Shown: piece after piece, positions 10,850 through 21,674 of the stretch | Position numbering within the stretch: the stretch's first letter is position 1 | Layout: each line of letters starts with the position of its first letter | Assembly: GCA_037924335.1 (NCBI GenBank) | Contig: JAXSMZ010000002.1 | Location: 16,222-69,829 of the forward strand | DNA length: 53,608 nt | Source: Aquificaceae bacterium | Lineage (GTDB): Bacteria > Aquificota > Aquificia > Aquificales > Aquificaceae | Direction of reading: 5' to 3' | The notes under the pieces: generated by a model | Told to the model about the DNA's origin: nothing | Seen by the model: the letters and a program-made list of their open reading frames with translations, nothing else | The model's database searches: none | Made by a program: the position numbers and the translations under genes

Positions 10850-11344
10850 CTAAGGGGATAGTAAGCTCTTCCACTCTTCTACAAGCTCTCTATCTATGTC
10901 CACAAGCACAACCTTCTTTAGACTTAGTGGTATAAAAGCTTTTATCTCTTCTATCATTGCCTTTGCCGCCGTCTTCTTTGGAAGCCTACCTACACCGGTC
11001 CCCATACCTGGCATGCCTATGCTTTTAAACCCCATATTATCAGCAAGCTCTAAGGCTGCAAGAACAGCCTTTCTAACCTTTTGTTCTGTTGTTTCCATGG
11101 ATGGCTCTTCCATCGTTGGAGCGTGTATAACTCCTTTGAATTTGAGCTTTCCGGCTGTAGTGAGCACAGCAGACCCAACAGGTATTGGAGCTTTGAGCAT
11201 AGCCTCCTTTTCTATATCTTTACCGCCGTACTTCTTTATTACACCTGCCACACCGCCACCCATGTATCCAAGTGAATTGGCAGGGTTAACTATAACATCC
11301 ACATCAACATCCAAAAGGTTTCCCTCCAGTACTATCATCTCCAT
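10850..11344 (-). CDS. Macro domain (ADP-ribose-binding/hydrolase) protein
   Basis: IVNPANS-x3-GGGVA and PGMGTGVG motifs. Confidence 0.9.
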   Translation of the reverse strand: MEMIVLEGNLLDVDVDVIVNPANSLGYMGGGVAGVIKKYGGKDIEKEAMLKAPIPVGSAVLTTAGKLKFKGVIHAPTMEEPSMETTEQKVRKAVLAALELADNMGFKSIGMPGMGTGVGRLPKKTAAKAMIEEIKAFIPLSLKKVVLVDIDRELVEEWKSLLSP

Positions 11345-11354
11345 GGCACTTAAA

Positions 11355-11428
11355 CGTCCCCGGGCGGAATCGAACCGCCGACCTCGAGATTAGGAATCTC
11401 GCGCTCTATCCTTCTGAGCTACGGGGAC
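11355..11428 (-). tRNA. tRNA-Arg(CCT), CCA not encoded
   Basis: GTCCCCG/CGGGGAC acceptor stem, CGAGA-TTCCTAA-TCTCG anticodon arm, GGTTCGATTCC T-loop. Confidence 0.95.
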
Positions 11429-11438
11429 TCAACTAAAA

Positions 11439-12281
11439 TTATAATTCAAATTCATCGGAGAACATCACGTCTGGAAAATCAACCTTTATTATATCCCTTT
11501 CCCTACCTAGGCTGAGCAAAAACCTTACAGCTATTCTCCCATCCTCTCCATAATCTACAGTCTTTTGATTCACATACATTCTGACAAACCTTTCTGTTTT
11601 TTCCTCACTCTCCTTTATCTCCCTTGCGTAATCTCTTGCATAGACCAATGCCTTCTCCATATGGGATAAAGCGTACTCCACGCTCTCCCTCATAAGTTTC
11701 TCTATTCTCTTTATTACATCTCTTCCTAAGTCCTTTCTTACTATGTTGCATCCAAGGGGGAGAGGAAGGTTAAATTCATCTTTCCACCAATCTCCAAGGT
11801 CCAGAACTTTTTCAAGACCTCTCTCTTTGTAGCTTATCTGCCCTTCGTGTATAATAAGGCCCACGTCTACTCTTCCAGATTCTACCTCATCCATTACCTT
11901 ATCAAAGGGTACTACTACCTCTTCAAAGTCTGGTTCATATAGTTTAAGAACTAAGTAAGCGGTAGTGAGCCTTCCTGGAACTGCTATCCTTTTACCCCTT
12001 ATGCTTTCTAGTCTGTCCTTTGCTACAAGAATGGGACCGTAACCATCGCCTACGCTTCCACCGCTTGGAAGAACAAGGTACTTATCAGAAACGTAAGGAT
12101 AAGCATGGAAGGATATGGCTGAAACCTCATAAGTACCCTTTAGAGCTTCCTCGTTCAAAGTTTCTATATCCTTCAGCACATGCTCTATCTGAAAACCGTC
12201 CGCTTTTATCTCTCCAGCCACCAAAGGATAGAACATAAAAGCATCGTCAGAATCTGGGCTATGAGCTATCCTTATCCTCAT
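11439..12281 (-). CDS. mqnD: 1,4-dihydroxy-6-naphthoate synthase (futalosine menaquinone pathway, MqnA/MqnD family)
   Basis: AHSPDSDDAFMF, GYGP, IIHEG, LPLPLG motifs. Confidence 0.85.
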   Translation of the reverse strand: MRIRIAHSPDSDDAFMFYPLVAGEIKADGFQIEHVLKDIETLNEEALKGTYEVSAISFHAYPYVSDKYLVLPSGGSVGDGYGPILVAKDRLESIRGKRIAVPGRLTTAYLVLKLYEPDFEEVVVPFDKVMDEVESGRVDVGLIIHEGQISYKERGLEKVLDLGDWWKDEFNLPLPLGCNIVRKDLGRDVIKRIEKLMRESVEYALSHMEKALVYARDYAREIKESEEKTERFVRMYVNQKTVDYGEDGRIAVRFLLSLGRERDIIKVDFPDVMFSDEFEL

Positions 12282-13252
12282 TCTCTCTTCTCCTTGAACA
12301 ACTCTGGAAGTTTAAGAAGGTAAAGGTATATCCTCTTCCACCTTACCCATTCTATAGCTGGAAGGTTCGCACCGTAAATCTTATCAGGTTCTAAATCATT
12401 GGCGACTCCAGATTTTGCCGAGACTTTAACGTTGTTTCCTATGTTCACGTGGTCTGCCACACCTACCTGGCCAGCAAGCATCACATTCCTTCCCGTCTTG
12501 ACGCTTCCAGATAAACCGCATTGAGATACGATTATATTTCTCTCCCCCACCTTGCAGTTGTGCCCAACCATTACCAAGTTGTCTATCTTTGTCCCCCTTC
12601 CTATAACGGTCTCATCTAACATTGCCCTATCTATGGTTGTGTTGGCTCCTATCTCTACATCATCCTCTACTATAACGTTTCCAATGTGGTTGAGCTTAAG
12701 CACGACCTCTTTTCCTATGTAGTACCCAAAACCGTCCGCGCCTATCACAGCCCCACTGTGTATTCTGACCCTTTTACCTATTACACTCTTTGGATATATG
12801 TGAACTCCGCTGAATATAACGCTCTCATCACCTACGACCGTACGGTCTCCAATAAAGGAAAAGGGATAAACTTTTACCCCATTACCAAGCTTTACCCCTC
12901 TGCCTATGTAAGAAAAGGGACCTATGTAAACACCTTGGCCTACTTCCACATCCTCGTCAATGTATGCTTTTTCGGATATACCCACAGGATGGTCTTCTGG
13001 GTAAAAGAGGTTTAAGCACACGGCGAGAGCGTGCCTGACATCGTCAACAACTAAAAAGTTTGGATGTTCTACCTCTCTATCAACTACCAGCACAACATCT
13101 TTTACATCTTTTAACCTTTCCGCATCCATGCTTGTACAGAAGACAAGAGTCCCTGGTTTGGGTTTTTCTACAGATGATACACCAGAGACTTCAGAGCTTT
13201 CATCCCCAAAGAGTTTACCCTTTAAAACCCTAGCCACATTTCCAAGTCTCAT
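12278..13252 (-). CDS. lpxD: UDP-3-O-acylglucosamine N-acyltransferase
   Basis: Hexapeptide repeats, GADGFGY, IDRA, KIDNLVMVGHN. Confidence 0.95.
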   Translation of the reverse strand: MRLGNVARVLKGKLFGDESSEVSGVSSVEKPKPGTLVFCTSMDAERLKDVKDVVLVVDREVEHPNFLVVDDVRHALAVCLNLFYPEDHPVGISEKAYIDEDVEVGQGVYIGPFSYIGRGVKLGNGVKVYPFSFIGDRTVVGDESVIFSGVHIYPKSVIGKRVRIHSGAVIGADGFGYYIGKEVVLKLNHIGNVIVEDDVEIGANTTIDRAMLDETVIGRGTKIDNLVMVGHNCKVGERNIIVSQCGLSGSVKTGRNVMLAGQVGVADHVNIGNNVKVSAKSGVANDLEPDKIYGANLPAIEWVRWKRIYLYLLKLPELFKEKRE

Positions 13253-13734
13253 TTACTCTTGTCTAAGCTGCTTATCACATCGCTCGTTATATCCATGTCT
13301 TGTTGTTTGTAGATCAAGGCGCTGCAGTCAAAGATGCCAGTGTAGCTCTTTGCTTTTGCTATATCTTCAGCTATGCCTCTTACCTTAACAAGAATGTCCT
13401 CCTCTAATTTGCTCTTCAGTTCAGATACTTCTTTCTGAGCCTTCTGCTGGAGTTCCATCCCCTCAGCTTCAACCTTTTGATACTCTTTTATCTTTTCCTC
13501 CTTTGCTTTCTGGCTTATGCCCTTGCTCTCTATCTGTTTTTTCAGCTCTTCGAGTCTTTTCTGTTTTTCATCAAGTTTCTTTTGATACTCTTGAACCTTA
13601 CTCCTGAGCTGCTCTTGAGCCTGGGCAACGGATTTAGATTCGGACAGTATCCTGCCTGGGTCGATGCATGCAAACTTCTGTTCGGAAAAGGAAAGACTGC
13701 CTATGAAGAGTACCATAAATGCGATTTTTTTCAT
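13249..13734 (-). CDS. skp: OmpH/Skp periplasmic chaperone
   Basis: Signal peptide, coiled coil, C-terminal DIT; directly upstream of lpxD. Confidence 0.85.
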   Translation of the reverse strand: MKKIAFMVLFIGSLSFSEQKFACIDPGRILSESKSVAQAQEQLRSKVQEYQKKLDEKQKRLEELKKQIESKGISQKAKEEKIKEYQKVEAEGMELQQKAQKEVSELKSKLEEDILVKVRGIAEDIAKAKSYTGIFDCSALIYKQQDMDITSDVISSLDKSK

Positions 13735-13765
13735 AATCTCCTCCTGTTTACATTATAATCCATTT

Positions 13766-15007
13766 TCATACGGCTTCTCTGTAAACATACTTGGGCTTTA
13801 TTTTTCTTACTACCACATCTCTGTCAATTATAACCTCCTTAACATTTCTGGCTGAAGGTATTTCAAACATAACATCTGTCATAATCTCTTCCATTATAGC
13901 TCTTAGCCCTCTGGCACCAGTTTTTCTGTTTATGCTCTCTTTCACTATCTCTCTTAGAGCCTCCTCTGTAAACTCCAATTTCACGTTATCCATTTCAAAA
14001 AGCTTCTTATACTGCTTTGTCAGAGAGTTCCTAGGTTCTGTCAGTATCATCATAAGCTCATCCTCCGTGAGCTCATCGAGTACAGCCACAACGGGCAACC
14101 TTCCTATAAACTCAGGTATTAACCCATAATGTATAAGGTCGTCTGGCTCTATCAGATGTAAGATGTTCTTCTTACTTTCCCTACCAGATACGGATGACTC
14201 AAACCCTATTTTAGATTTACCAAGCCTAGCTCTTATGATATCCTCCAACCCAACGAAGGCTCCACCGCATATGAAGAGTATATCTGTTGTGTCTATCTGT
14301 ATGAACTCTTGGTGAGGATGCTTTCTTCCCCCCTGTGGTGGAACATTTGCCACTGTTCCCTCTATGATCTTTAAAAGGGCCTGTTGCACTCCTTCTCCCG
14401 ATACATCCCTGGTTATAGATGGATTTATACCAGACTTTTTGGCTATCTTATCTATCTCGTCTATGTAAACTATTCCCATCTGGGCGAGCTTCACATCGTA
14501 CCCACAGTTCTGTAAAAGGCGTGTGAGAACATTTTCCACATCCTCACCCACATAACCAGCTTCAGTAAGGCTTGTAGCATCCGATATGGCAAAGGGCACT
14601 TGGAGTATTTTGGCAAGGGTCTTTGCCAGAAGAGTTTTCCCAGAGCCAGTGGGTCCTATTAAGAGTATGTTGCTCTTTTCTATCTCCACGTCGTCAAAGT
14701 TGAAACCCATGCTTTTGGCTTTTACCCTCTTATAGTGGTTGTAAACGGCCACCGATAGTATCTTCTTTGCTCTCTCTTGGCCTATAACGTACTCGTCCAA
14801 GAAGAGTTTTATCTCTTCAGGTTTGGGTATGGTAGAAAGGCTATGTTGGCTGTACTGTTTTTTCTGCTCTTTTATTACGGTGTTGCATGTCTCCACACAC
14901 CTGTCACAGATGAAAGTATCATTTGGTCCTGCTATAAGAATAAGCACATCATCCTGTGACTTTCCACAAAAGGAGCAACGGTTCTTTTTATCAACTGTTC
15001 TACTCAT
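13766..15007 (-). CDS. clpX: ATP-dependent Clp protease ATP-binding subunit
   Basis: CSFC zinc finger, [11 protein letters not shown] loop, GARGLR. Confidence 0.97.
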   Translation of the reverse strand: MSRTVDKKNRCSFCGKSQDDVLILIAGPNDTFICDRCVETCNTVIKEQKKQYSQHSLSTIPKPEEIKLFLDEYVIGQERAKKILSVAVYNHYKRVKAKSMGFNFDDVEIEKSNILLIGPTGSGKTLLAKTLAKILQVPFAISDATSLTEAGYVGEDVENVLTRLLQNCGYDVKLAQMGIVYIDEIDKIAKKSGINPSITRDVSGEGVQQALLKIIEGTVANVPPQGGRKHPHQEFIQIDTTDILFICGGAFVGLEDIIRARLGKSKIGFESSVSGRESKKNILHLIEPDDLIHYGLIPEFIGRLPVVAVLDELTEDELMMILTEPRNSLTKQYKKLFEMDNVKLEFTEEALREIVKESINRKTGARGLRAIMEEIMTDVMFEIPSARNVKEVIIDRDVVVRKIKPKYVYREAV

Positions 15008-15040
15008 AGTGAATAAAGTATAATTGATAAACGTAAAAGG

Positions 15041-15574
15041 TCAAGGAACAATTGCGTAAACTCCTCTTAGGTTTCTACCTTCCTCGTCCCAATCCAATCC
15101 ATACCCTATCAGGAACATGTCTGGAACTTCAAAACCTACATAATCTGCCCAAATTTCTACCTTTCTCCTCTCCTTCTTGTCAAGGAGCACACAAGTCCTT
15201 AGTACATCCGGCTCCTTTATTTTTAGGATATCAACTATCTCTTTTAGTGTATAACCTGTGTCAAGGATGTCATCAACCAAAAGTACTTTTTTCCCTTCTA
15301 TGTTGATGCTTATATCCTTAAGAACTCTGACATGTCCATAGCTTTCCATGCTTTCCCCATAGCTCGAAACCCACATAAAATCTATCTTCACAGGAAGGTC
15401 AAAGCATCTCACAAGGTCTGCCAGGAATATGAAAGAACCCTTAAGGAGACCTATGACGATAAAAGGTTCTCCAAAGTCTTTCTCTATGGACTTGGCCAGT
15501 TCATTAACCTTCTTTTTTATCTCTTCTTCGCTCAAGATGAGCTTTGTCTCTTTCCCTTTTACTGTGTAATGCAT
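15041..15574 (-). CDS. hpt: Hypoxanthine phosphoribosyltransferase
   Basis: GLLKGS, VSSY, VDDILDTG, GYGLD. Confidence 0.93.
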   Translation of the reverse strand: MHYTVKGKETKLILSEEEIKKKVNELAKSIEKDFGEPFIVIGLLKGSFIFLADLVRCFDLPVKIDFMWVSSYGESMESYGHVRVLKDISINIEGKKVLLVDDILDTGYTLKEIVDILKIKEPDVLRTCVLLDKKERRKVEIWADYVGFEVPDMFLIGYGLDWDEEGRNLRGVYAIVP

Positions 15575-15597
15575 AAGAATATTTTACGAAACATTTG

Positions 15598-16293
15598 CAA
15601 GAAGGCTCTCCTTTTCAAAGGAGAGATGAATAGCATTATAATATAAGAGGCAAAGTGGCTATACAACTGGCTTGTTGCTGATGTAAGTAGGACTGACCTT
15701 TCAACAAAGGATATTAAAGAAGTTGAAATAAAGGTAAGAGAACGGTTTGAGAAAAGAGAACTCAAAGTGCTTGGTTCACAGATTAAACAAAGCTAATGGA
15801 AACAAGGTAGGCAAGCTAAAGTTCAAAAGCAGAGTAAACTCTATTCCTCTCAAGCAATATTGGATAACGGGTAAAGATACAAGGCATAGGCTCTTTCAGA
15901 GTTTTGGGATTGAGACAGATAACGGAAGATATGGAGATAGCCAATGGGTTTTTTACTAAGGAAAGCAGATGGATATTATATGCATGTAGTATGTTACAAA
16001 CAGAAAGAGAAAACAGCATAGATAGACAAGCTTAACAAGAAGGATGGTTTGGTAGGGCATAGGTGGAATAACCGAAAGGATAAAAAAATATCCTTTCAAC
16101 GCCTATGCTTGTTGTTGACCGCTAGCACTGGCAAGGTAGAAGAGGAGTGGCTAACTCTAACAGAGAAGGAACTCAAGCTGATAGAGAGGCTTTTTGAAAA
16201 TGTCAAAAACTATGTAAACCTGTCTGGCATAGGCAGTAATCTATGCCCTGAGAAAGGGAAGCTCCTCTATTCCAATAGAGGAGAGGAAGTCAC
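15598..16293 (+). mobile_element. Decayed, internally deleted IS200/IS605-family (TnpB-encoding) element with both end hairpins retained
   Basis: Left end CAAGAAGG-CTCTCCTTT-TC-AAAGGAGAG-ATGAATAGC; right end GAAG-CTCCTCTATT-CC-AATAGAGGAG-AGGAAGTCAC; TnpB-like peptides between them. Confidence 0.75.
15647..16225 (+). pseudogene. tnpB: TnpB (RNA-guided nuclease) pseudogene fragments
   Basis: Frameshifted pieces: EAKWLYNWLVAD...KRELKVLGSQIKQ; GNKVGKLKFKSRVNSIPLKQY; KIQGIGSFRVLGLRQI...EIANG; KADGYYMHVVCY; GIGGITERIK; TPMLVVDR. No RuvC-I D-x-G motif or zinc finger remains. Confidence 0.7.
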
Positions 16294-16360
16294 TACTTGG
16301 TTTATTGCGAGCTAACTGTTGTATAATATAATAAAACTATCCTGAAGGAGGTAATAAAAA

Positions 16361-16597
16361 ATGGACTTAGAACAAAAGGTTAAAAGTATAATAGCTGATC
16401 AGCTGGGTGTTGAGGTTGATAAACTTGAGCCAGAGGCCAAGTTTGTGGAAGACTTGGGAGCTGATTCTCTTGATGTTGTAGAACTCATCATGGCATTTGA
16501 AGAGGAATTTGGTATAGAAATACCGGATGAGGATGCCGAAAAGATAAGGACAGTTGGGGACGTTCTTAACTATCTAAAGGAGAAAGTAAAAGACTGA
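16361..16597 (+). CDS. acpP: Acyl carrier protein
   Basis: [20 protein letters not shown]. Confidence 0.97.
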   Translation: MDLEQKVKSIIADQLGVEVDKLEPEAKFVEDLGADSLDVVELIMAFEEEFGIEIPDEDAEKIRTVGDVLNYLKEKVKD

Positions 16598-17835
16598 TGC
16601 GCAGGGTAGTGGTTACTGGATTGGGCGTAGTCTCGCCCATAGGTACTGGAACTCAGAAGTTTTGGAAAAACCTGATAGAAGGAGTAAGCGGTGTTGATAT
16701 TATAAAGAGGTTTGACCCAATAGAAGTTGGCCTTACAGTTCATATAGCTGCTGAGGTAAAAGACCTTGAGCCAGAAAAACACTTTGATAAGAAGGATATC
16801 CAAAGGGTTTCAGATTTTATCAAGTATGCTGTTGTTGCTGCCGAGGAAGCTGTCAAGGATGGTGGTCTTTTAGAGAGTAAGTTTGACCCATTCAGAGTTG
16901 GTGTTATCATAGGCACTGGTATAGGCGGTCTCAGAGATATAGAGGAGCAACAGAAGGTTCTCATGGAGAAGGGTCCAAAAAGGGTTTCTCCTTTCTTTAT
17001 ACCCTACGGTATATCCAACATGGCTTCTGGTTTGATCTCCATAAGATTTGGCTTTAAGGGGCCAAACTACTGCGTTGTCTCTGCCTGCGCAACTGGAAAT
17101 CATTCTATTGGTGATGCCATGAGGCTGATCCAGAGAGGTGATATAGATGTAGCTTTGGCTGGAGGCTGTGAGAGTGCAATAACCCCCCTAGGCATAGCAG
17201 GCTTTGCTTCCATGAAAGCTCTGTCGACAAGGAACGATGAACCAAAGAAGGCTTCAAGGCCCTTTGATGCAGAAAGAGATGGCTTTGTTATGGGTGAGGG
17301 TGCTGGTATACTTCTGCTTGAGGAATACGAGCATGCCAAAGCAAGGGGTGCAAAGGTCTACGCCGAGCTAATAGGCTATGCTGCAACGGACGATGCCTAT
17401 CATATAACCGCTCCATGTACAGATGGAGAGGGTGCATACATGTGCATGAAGCTTGCTCTTGAGGATGGTGGGATAAGACCTGAGGATGTGGATTATATAA
17501 ACGCTCACGGAACGTCCACGCCACTAAACGATAAATCCGAAACCTTGGCTATAAAGAATCTTTTTGGTGAGCATGCTTATAAGTTGAAGATAAGTTCAAA
17601 CAAATCTATGATAGGGCATCTTCTTGGTGCTGCTGGTGCTGTTGAAGCCGTTGCTACTGTGAAGACAATACAAGAGGGTGTAATACCACCAACTATAAAC
17701 CTTGAGAAGTTTGACCCAGACTGTGACCTTGATTACACACCCAATAAATGTGTCAAGAAGGACATAAGAGTTGCCCTTTCTAACTCCTTTGGCTTTGGTG
17801 GGACTAATGCTTGCCTCCTATTCAGAAAGTTATGA
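16597..17835 (+). CDS. fabF: 3-oxoacyl-ACP synthase II
   Basis: [28 protein letters not shown]. Confidence 0.97.
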   Translation: MRRVVVTGLGVVSPIGTGTQKFWKNLIEGVSGVDIIKRFDPIEVGLTVHIAAEVKDLEPEKHFDKKDIQRVSDFIKYAVVAAEEAVKDGGLLESKFDPFRVGVIIGTGIGGLRDIEEQQKVLMEKGPKRVSPFFIPYGISNMASGLISIRFGFKGPNYCVVSACATGNHSIGDAMRLIQRGDIDVALAGGCESAITPLGIAGFASMKALSTRNDEPKKASRPFDAERDGFVMGEGAGILLLEEYEHAKARGAKVYAELIGYAATDDAYHITAPCTDGEGAYMCMKLALEDGGIRPEDVDYINAHGTSTPLNDKSETLAIKNLFGEHAYKLKISSNKSMIGHLLGAAGAVEAVATVKTIQEGVIPPTINLEKFDPDCDLDYTPNKCVKKDIRVALSNSFGFGGTNACLLFRKL

Positions 17836-18505
17836 TGAGCTTGAGAAGAAGATAGGTTATACTTTCAGGGATAAGAGTTTACTCAAGCAGGCTCTAACGC
17901 ATAAATCTTATGCCATGGAAAAGAGGGTGAAAAGTTATGAGACTCTTGAGTTTCTCGGTGATTCTCTCATAAACCTCTTTGTGGTTGACCTTCTCGTATC
18001 AGAGTTTCCTGATGCAAAGGAAGGGGAGCTGGCACCTATGAAAGCCTTTTTTGTAAGCGAAGAATTTTTGTACCAGCTTGCCTATGAACTTGGCCTTGAA
18101 AACTACTTACTTGTTGGTGGAAAAAGGGGAAAGCTCAAATCAAACGTATCCATTCTGGGAGATTCTTTTGAGTCCCTTTGGGCAGCCATTTACATAGATA
18201 CTGGTAGAGACTTAAACCTTACAAGGTCTCTCTTCTATAGTTTGTACAAGGATAGGATATGCAAAATGGCAGTACAGACAGAGTATAAAAAGGACTACAA
18301 GACCCTCCTTCAGGAGATAACTCAAAAGAGATGGAGAGAGAGACCTACTTACAGAGTTGTTGAAGTCAGTGGTCCGGAGCATGGTAAAAAGTTTAAAGTC
18401 GAGTGTTCGGTGAGAGATATAAGGACCTATGCGGAAGGAAGCAACAAGAAAGAGGCAGAACAGCTATCAGCAAAGAAAGCTCTTGAACTCCTTCAGGAGC
18501 TTTGA
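17807..18505 (+). CDS. rnc: Ribonuclease III (start reassigned to ATG 17807, uncertain)
   Basis: ETLEFLGDS signature; C-terminal dsRBD (DYKTLLQE...KKEAEQ). Confidence 0.93.
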   Translation: MLASYSESYDELEKKIGYTFRDKSLLKQALTHKSYAMEKRVKSYETLEFLGDSLINLFVVDLLVSEFPDAKEGELAPMKAFFVSEEFLYQLAYELGLENYLLVGGKRGKLKSNVSILGDSFESLWAAIYIDTGRDLNLTRSLFYSLYKDRICKMAVQTEYKKDYKTLLQEITQKRWRERPTYRVVEVSGPEHGKKFKVECSVRDIRTYAEGSNKKEAEQLSAKKALELLQEL

Positions 18506-18993
18506 AAGCTAAGGTTATTCATCTTCTTATTGAAGGCTATAGAGTGGTCTATAACCTCTCTGTAAATTCTAAAGGGTGTGAGTATTGTCTTTAGCTTCTC
18601 ACTTTCACTCTCAAAAAGGAGGAGTTCATCTATGGCAGACAATATGAGCTCGAGTTTTGTGTTTATGGAACTCAGGGCATCAAGCCTTTCAATTTCCTTC
18701 TCTATCTCTTCCGGCAGTGAGGCCAGAAATGTTATATCAAAGTTGAATATTTCATAGAGGTCGTATATGTGGTCCATAACCTCAGACATCTTTAAAAGTA
18801 AAACTTCTTCAATGAGAAGTAGAGCCTTATCATAGAGTTCCCTCTCTCTTCCTTCTAAGCATTCATCGGCTAATATCTTACTCTCTTCTACATCTGCCTT
18901 TATCTCGCGTAAGAGTCCCTCAAGGAGACTGAGGTTTAACCTTATAAGCCTATCCTGAACCAGAACCATAGCCAGAATCTCTGACTTTTTCAT
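18493..18993 (-). CDS. Hypothetical acidic alpha-helical protein
   Basis: Long ORF (likely start MKKSEIL) overlapping the upstream toprim gene; no motif recognised. Confidence 0.65.
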   Translation of the reverse strand: MKKSEILAMVLVQDRLIRLNLSLLEGLLREIKADVEESKILADECLEGRERELYDKALLLIEEVLLLKMSEVMDHIYDLYEIFNFDITFLASLPEEIEKEIERLDALSSINTKLELILSAIDELLLFESESEKLKTILTPFRIYREVIDHSIAFNKKMNNLSFQSS

Positions 18994-19312
18994 ACAACTC
19001 CTCCACAAAAAGTATGTCCGTATGCCTTAACCTCTCTCTAAACTCTTCTATTAAAATATATCCCTGAGAGGACAGTATGTCTTTGACTCTTCTGTTTATT
19101 CTCTCACCGTGCATATCAAGGTCAAAAAGCAGGATAACCTCCTTAAAGCCTTCCAAAAGGTCTGGAAGGTCAGTGAGCCTTTTCCCGGCTATAACGTAGA
19201 CATTTTTTATACCTAACCTCTTGAGAGCTTCTAAATCTCTTTTCCCTTCTACGAGAACAGCCTTTTCCTCTGAGGCTCTTTTAAGGTCCCTTATCAATTC
19301 GTGCAGGTTCAT
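18950..19312 (-). CDS. Small stand-alone TOPRIM domain protein
   Basis: VLVEGKRD and LLFDLDMHG (conserved E and DxD). Confidence 0.8.
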   Translation of the reverse strand: MNLHELIRDLKRASEEKAVLVEGKRDLEALKRLGIKNVYVIAGKRLTDLPDLLEGFKEVILLFDLDMHGERINRRVKDILSSQGYILIEEFRERLRHTDILFVEELYEKVRDSGYGSGSG

Positions 19313-19327
19313 ATAGATTTATATTCT

Positions 19328-19903
19328 ATGAGGGATATGCTTCTTGAGAGCGTTTTTGTGAGTGTTGACATAGAAACTACAGGTTTTGATGAAAAGTTAT
19401 CGGATATTATTGAACTCGGATGCGTGAGGGTCGAAGGTGGTATGATAACAGAACGTTTCTCTACTCTTATAAACCCTGGCTATTTTCTACCAGAAAAAAT
19501 AACTAAGTTAACTGGTATAACCAACGCCATGGTCGTTGGAAAGCCAGACATATACGAAGTTCTTCCCCAATTTCTGAAGTTTGTTGGTGATAGCATAATA
19601 GTAGGCCACAATATAGAGAAGGACATTGCCTTTATAGAAAAACATCACAGAATACTTTACAACAGAAAGTTTAAACATCCACATATATGTACTCTGAACT
19701 TGGCAAAGAATATACTGCCGGAGCTCAAGAGATATTCTTTAAAAGACCTGGCAGACCACTTCAACATACATTACAGAAGGTTACACAGGGCCTTAGATGA
19801 TGCAGAGACAACTGCGTACGTTTTTATTGAACTTCTGAACTTGCTGTGGAATCGTCTTGGAATAGGAGACTATCTTGGTGTAAAAAGGCTGTCTAAAGCT
19901 TAA
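19328..19903 (+). CDS. dnaQ: DEDDh 3'-5' exonuclease (DNA polymerase III epsilon-like); start probably ATG 19328
   Basis: VDIETTG, GHNIEKD, HRALDDA. Confidence 0.85.
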   Translation: MRDMLLESVFVSVDIETTGFDEKLSDIIELGCVRVEGGMITERFSTLINPGYFLPEKITKLTGITNAMVVGKPDIYEVLPQFLKFVGDSIIVGHNIEKDIAFIEKHHRILYNRKFKHPHICTLNLAKNILPELKRYSLKDLADHFNIHYRRLHRALDDAETTAYVFIELLNLLWNRLGIGDYLGVKRLSKA

Positions 19904-20969
19904 ATAGACCACGTATTCTGTCCAGCATAGATTGCTGGTAGTTTATACCCTCTTCTCCCATTTCTCTTGCCATTTTTTCTAAGAGTATTTTCATGCCATG
20001 GCTCAAGTTTTTGGGAACTTCTATTCTAAACGTTATGACCATATCACCGCTTTTACCATAAGAGGGAAAACCTAGGCCTTGAAGCCTTTTTGTAGAGCCG
20101 CACTCACACCCAGGCTGTATAAAAACTTCATGCTCAGTGCCGTCCAAGGCTTTTACCCTTGTTACACCACCTAAGACAGCTAAAGGGAAGGAGATAAGCT
20201 TCTCCAAGTAAAGGTCAGAGCTAACTTTCCTAAAAATTGGATGAGGTTTGAGCTCAACCCTTATGTACATGTCTCCTGGGGGTCCCCCTCTCTCTCCCAT
20301 GTGTCCCTTCTGAGGGACTTTGAGCACATCTCCCTCGTCAGTACCAGGGGGGACGCTTACCCTGATGGTGGTTTGTTTTGCCACTCTTCCCCTCCCACTG
20401 CAAGAGAGACATTGATTTTTTAATATGTATCCCCTACCTTTGCATACGGAGCAGGGCCTTGGAAAGTTAAAAATACCACTTACCTTCCTCCCCGTACCTT
20501 CGCATGCCTGACATAAAACTTTTTCTGGCTTGCCAACAAACCCCCTTCCCTCACAGGTAGGACAGTCTGTCCACCTTTCATAAATTATCTCCTTTTCGCA
20601 TCCAAAGGCAGCTTCCTCAAGGGTGAACGCCACCTTTAACCTTACATCTCCGCCCCTTTTGGGCCTTGGGGATGATCTCATGCCTTGCCATATGCTTGTC
20701 AATAAATCCTGAACATACTCCATAAAGTCTCTGTAGCTTCTCTCATCGCCACTTTGAAGTATTCTGTCATACTCACTCCTTCTTTCATCATCCGAAAGGA
20801 CATGGTAGGCTTCGTTTATATCCTTAAACCTCTCTGGTGCACCTTCATCGGGGTTTATATCTGGGTGATACTCCTTTGCCAACCTTCTGTAAGCCCTTTT
20901 TATTTCTTCCTTTGTGGCATTCTTACTAACTCCTAAGATCTGATAATAATCTTTGATACGTGCTTCCAT
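19893..20969 (-). CDS. dnaJ: DnaJ-class chaperone
   Basis: J-domain HPD, four CxxCxGxG repeats, C-terminal domain; G/F-rich linker is reduced. Confidence 0.9.
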   Translation of the reverse strand: MEARIKDYYQILGVSKNATKEEIKRAYRRLAKEYHPDINPDEGAPERFKDINEAYHVLSDDERRSEYDRILQSGDERSYRDFMEYVQDLLTSIWQGMRSSPRPKRGGDVRLKVAFTLEEAAFGCEKEIIYERWTDCPTCEGRGFVGKPEKVLCQACEGTGRKVSGIFNFPRPCSVCKGRGYILKNQCLSCSGRGRVAKQTTIRVSVPPGTDEGDVLKVPQKGHMGERGGPPGDMYIRVELKPHPIFRKVSSDLYLEKLISFPLAVLGGVTRVKALDGTEHEVFIQPGCECGSTKRLQGLGFPSYGKSGDMVITFRIEVPKNLSHGMKILLEKMAREMGEEGINYQQSMLDRIRGLFKL

Positions 20970-21023
20970 ATGTATAATAATACGCCGAGTGTGGGGGATA
21001 TAATAATGTAATAAAAAAGGAGG

Positions 21024-21665
21024 TTGCCTATGATTGAATTAAAGCCCGTAGAGCATGATCTTGATATTCTAGTTTCAAGGGTCTTCTTGAGAGCCATTGA
21101 CCTTTTGGGTGGATTTTCTAAACTCACAGAATTTAGAACTCTCACTTGGCTTCCTTCCCTTGTGAGAGCTGCTTACGTCGTTGTACTAAGAGAGGAGTAC
21201 TTCAAGAGCGAGCAGGATATAGCTCAAAAGGTAGGGCTCACTGAACAAACTGTGAGAAACATACTAAGGTCAGACCCGGTAGCTACATTGGAGAAGCTAA
21301 AGAGGTTAGAAGAGCTCATAGAGGAAGAGAAAAAAGAGCTCAGGGTTCATACAGCAGGTGGACTTGCCAAGATAGCTTACAAACTCATAAAAGAGGGGCA
21401 TGAAGAACCAAAGATGTTTTTAGAATACTGCGAGAGGATAGCCTACGCCTTAGATGTACCCTGGGCGTATATCATGCTAAGAAAGATAAAGGGTGTAGAT
21501 TTTCCTATAAGAAACCCGGAGGAAATAAAGGAGAAGCTCTCTGGCGTTTATATAAAAGGGAGGACGGCTGATGAAGTCATTAGTGAGCTTGAGTACCCTA
21601 TAAATAACCCACCTGAGTTGCTACGCAAAGTAAAGGAAAACTTAAAGATGCATGGGCTTGATTGA
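21024..21665 (+). CDS. Probable HTH regulatory protein resembling the 'near-KaiC' domain family (TIGR03879-like)
   Basis: LTWLPSL-x-RAAY...[19 protein letters not shown] (HTH)...HTAGGLAK; family recalled from memory. Confidence 0.6.
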   Translation: MPMIELKPVEHDLDILVSRVFLRAIDLLGGFSKLTEFRTLTWLPSLVRAAYVVVLREEYFKSEQDIAQKVGLTEQTVRNILRSDPVATLEKLKRLEELIEEEKKELRVHTAGGLAKIAYKLIKEGHEEPKMFLEYCERIAYALDVPWAYIMLRKIKGVDFPIRNPEEIKEKLSGVYIKGRTADEVISELEYPINNPPELLRKVKENLKMHGLD

Positions 21666-21674
21666 GGAGGATAG

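Noticed and set aside
15747..16315. ORFs 15747-15959 and 16049-16315 as novel small proteins
   Set aside because: They are frame-mixed pieces of the TnpB pseudogene.
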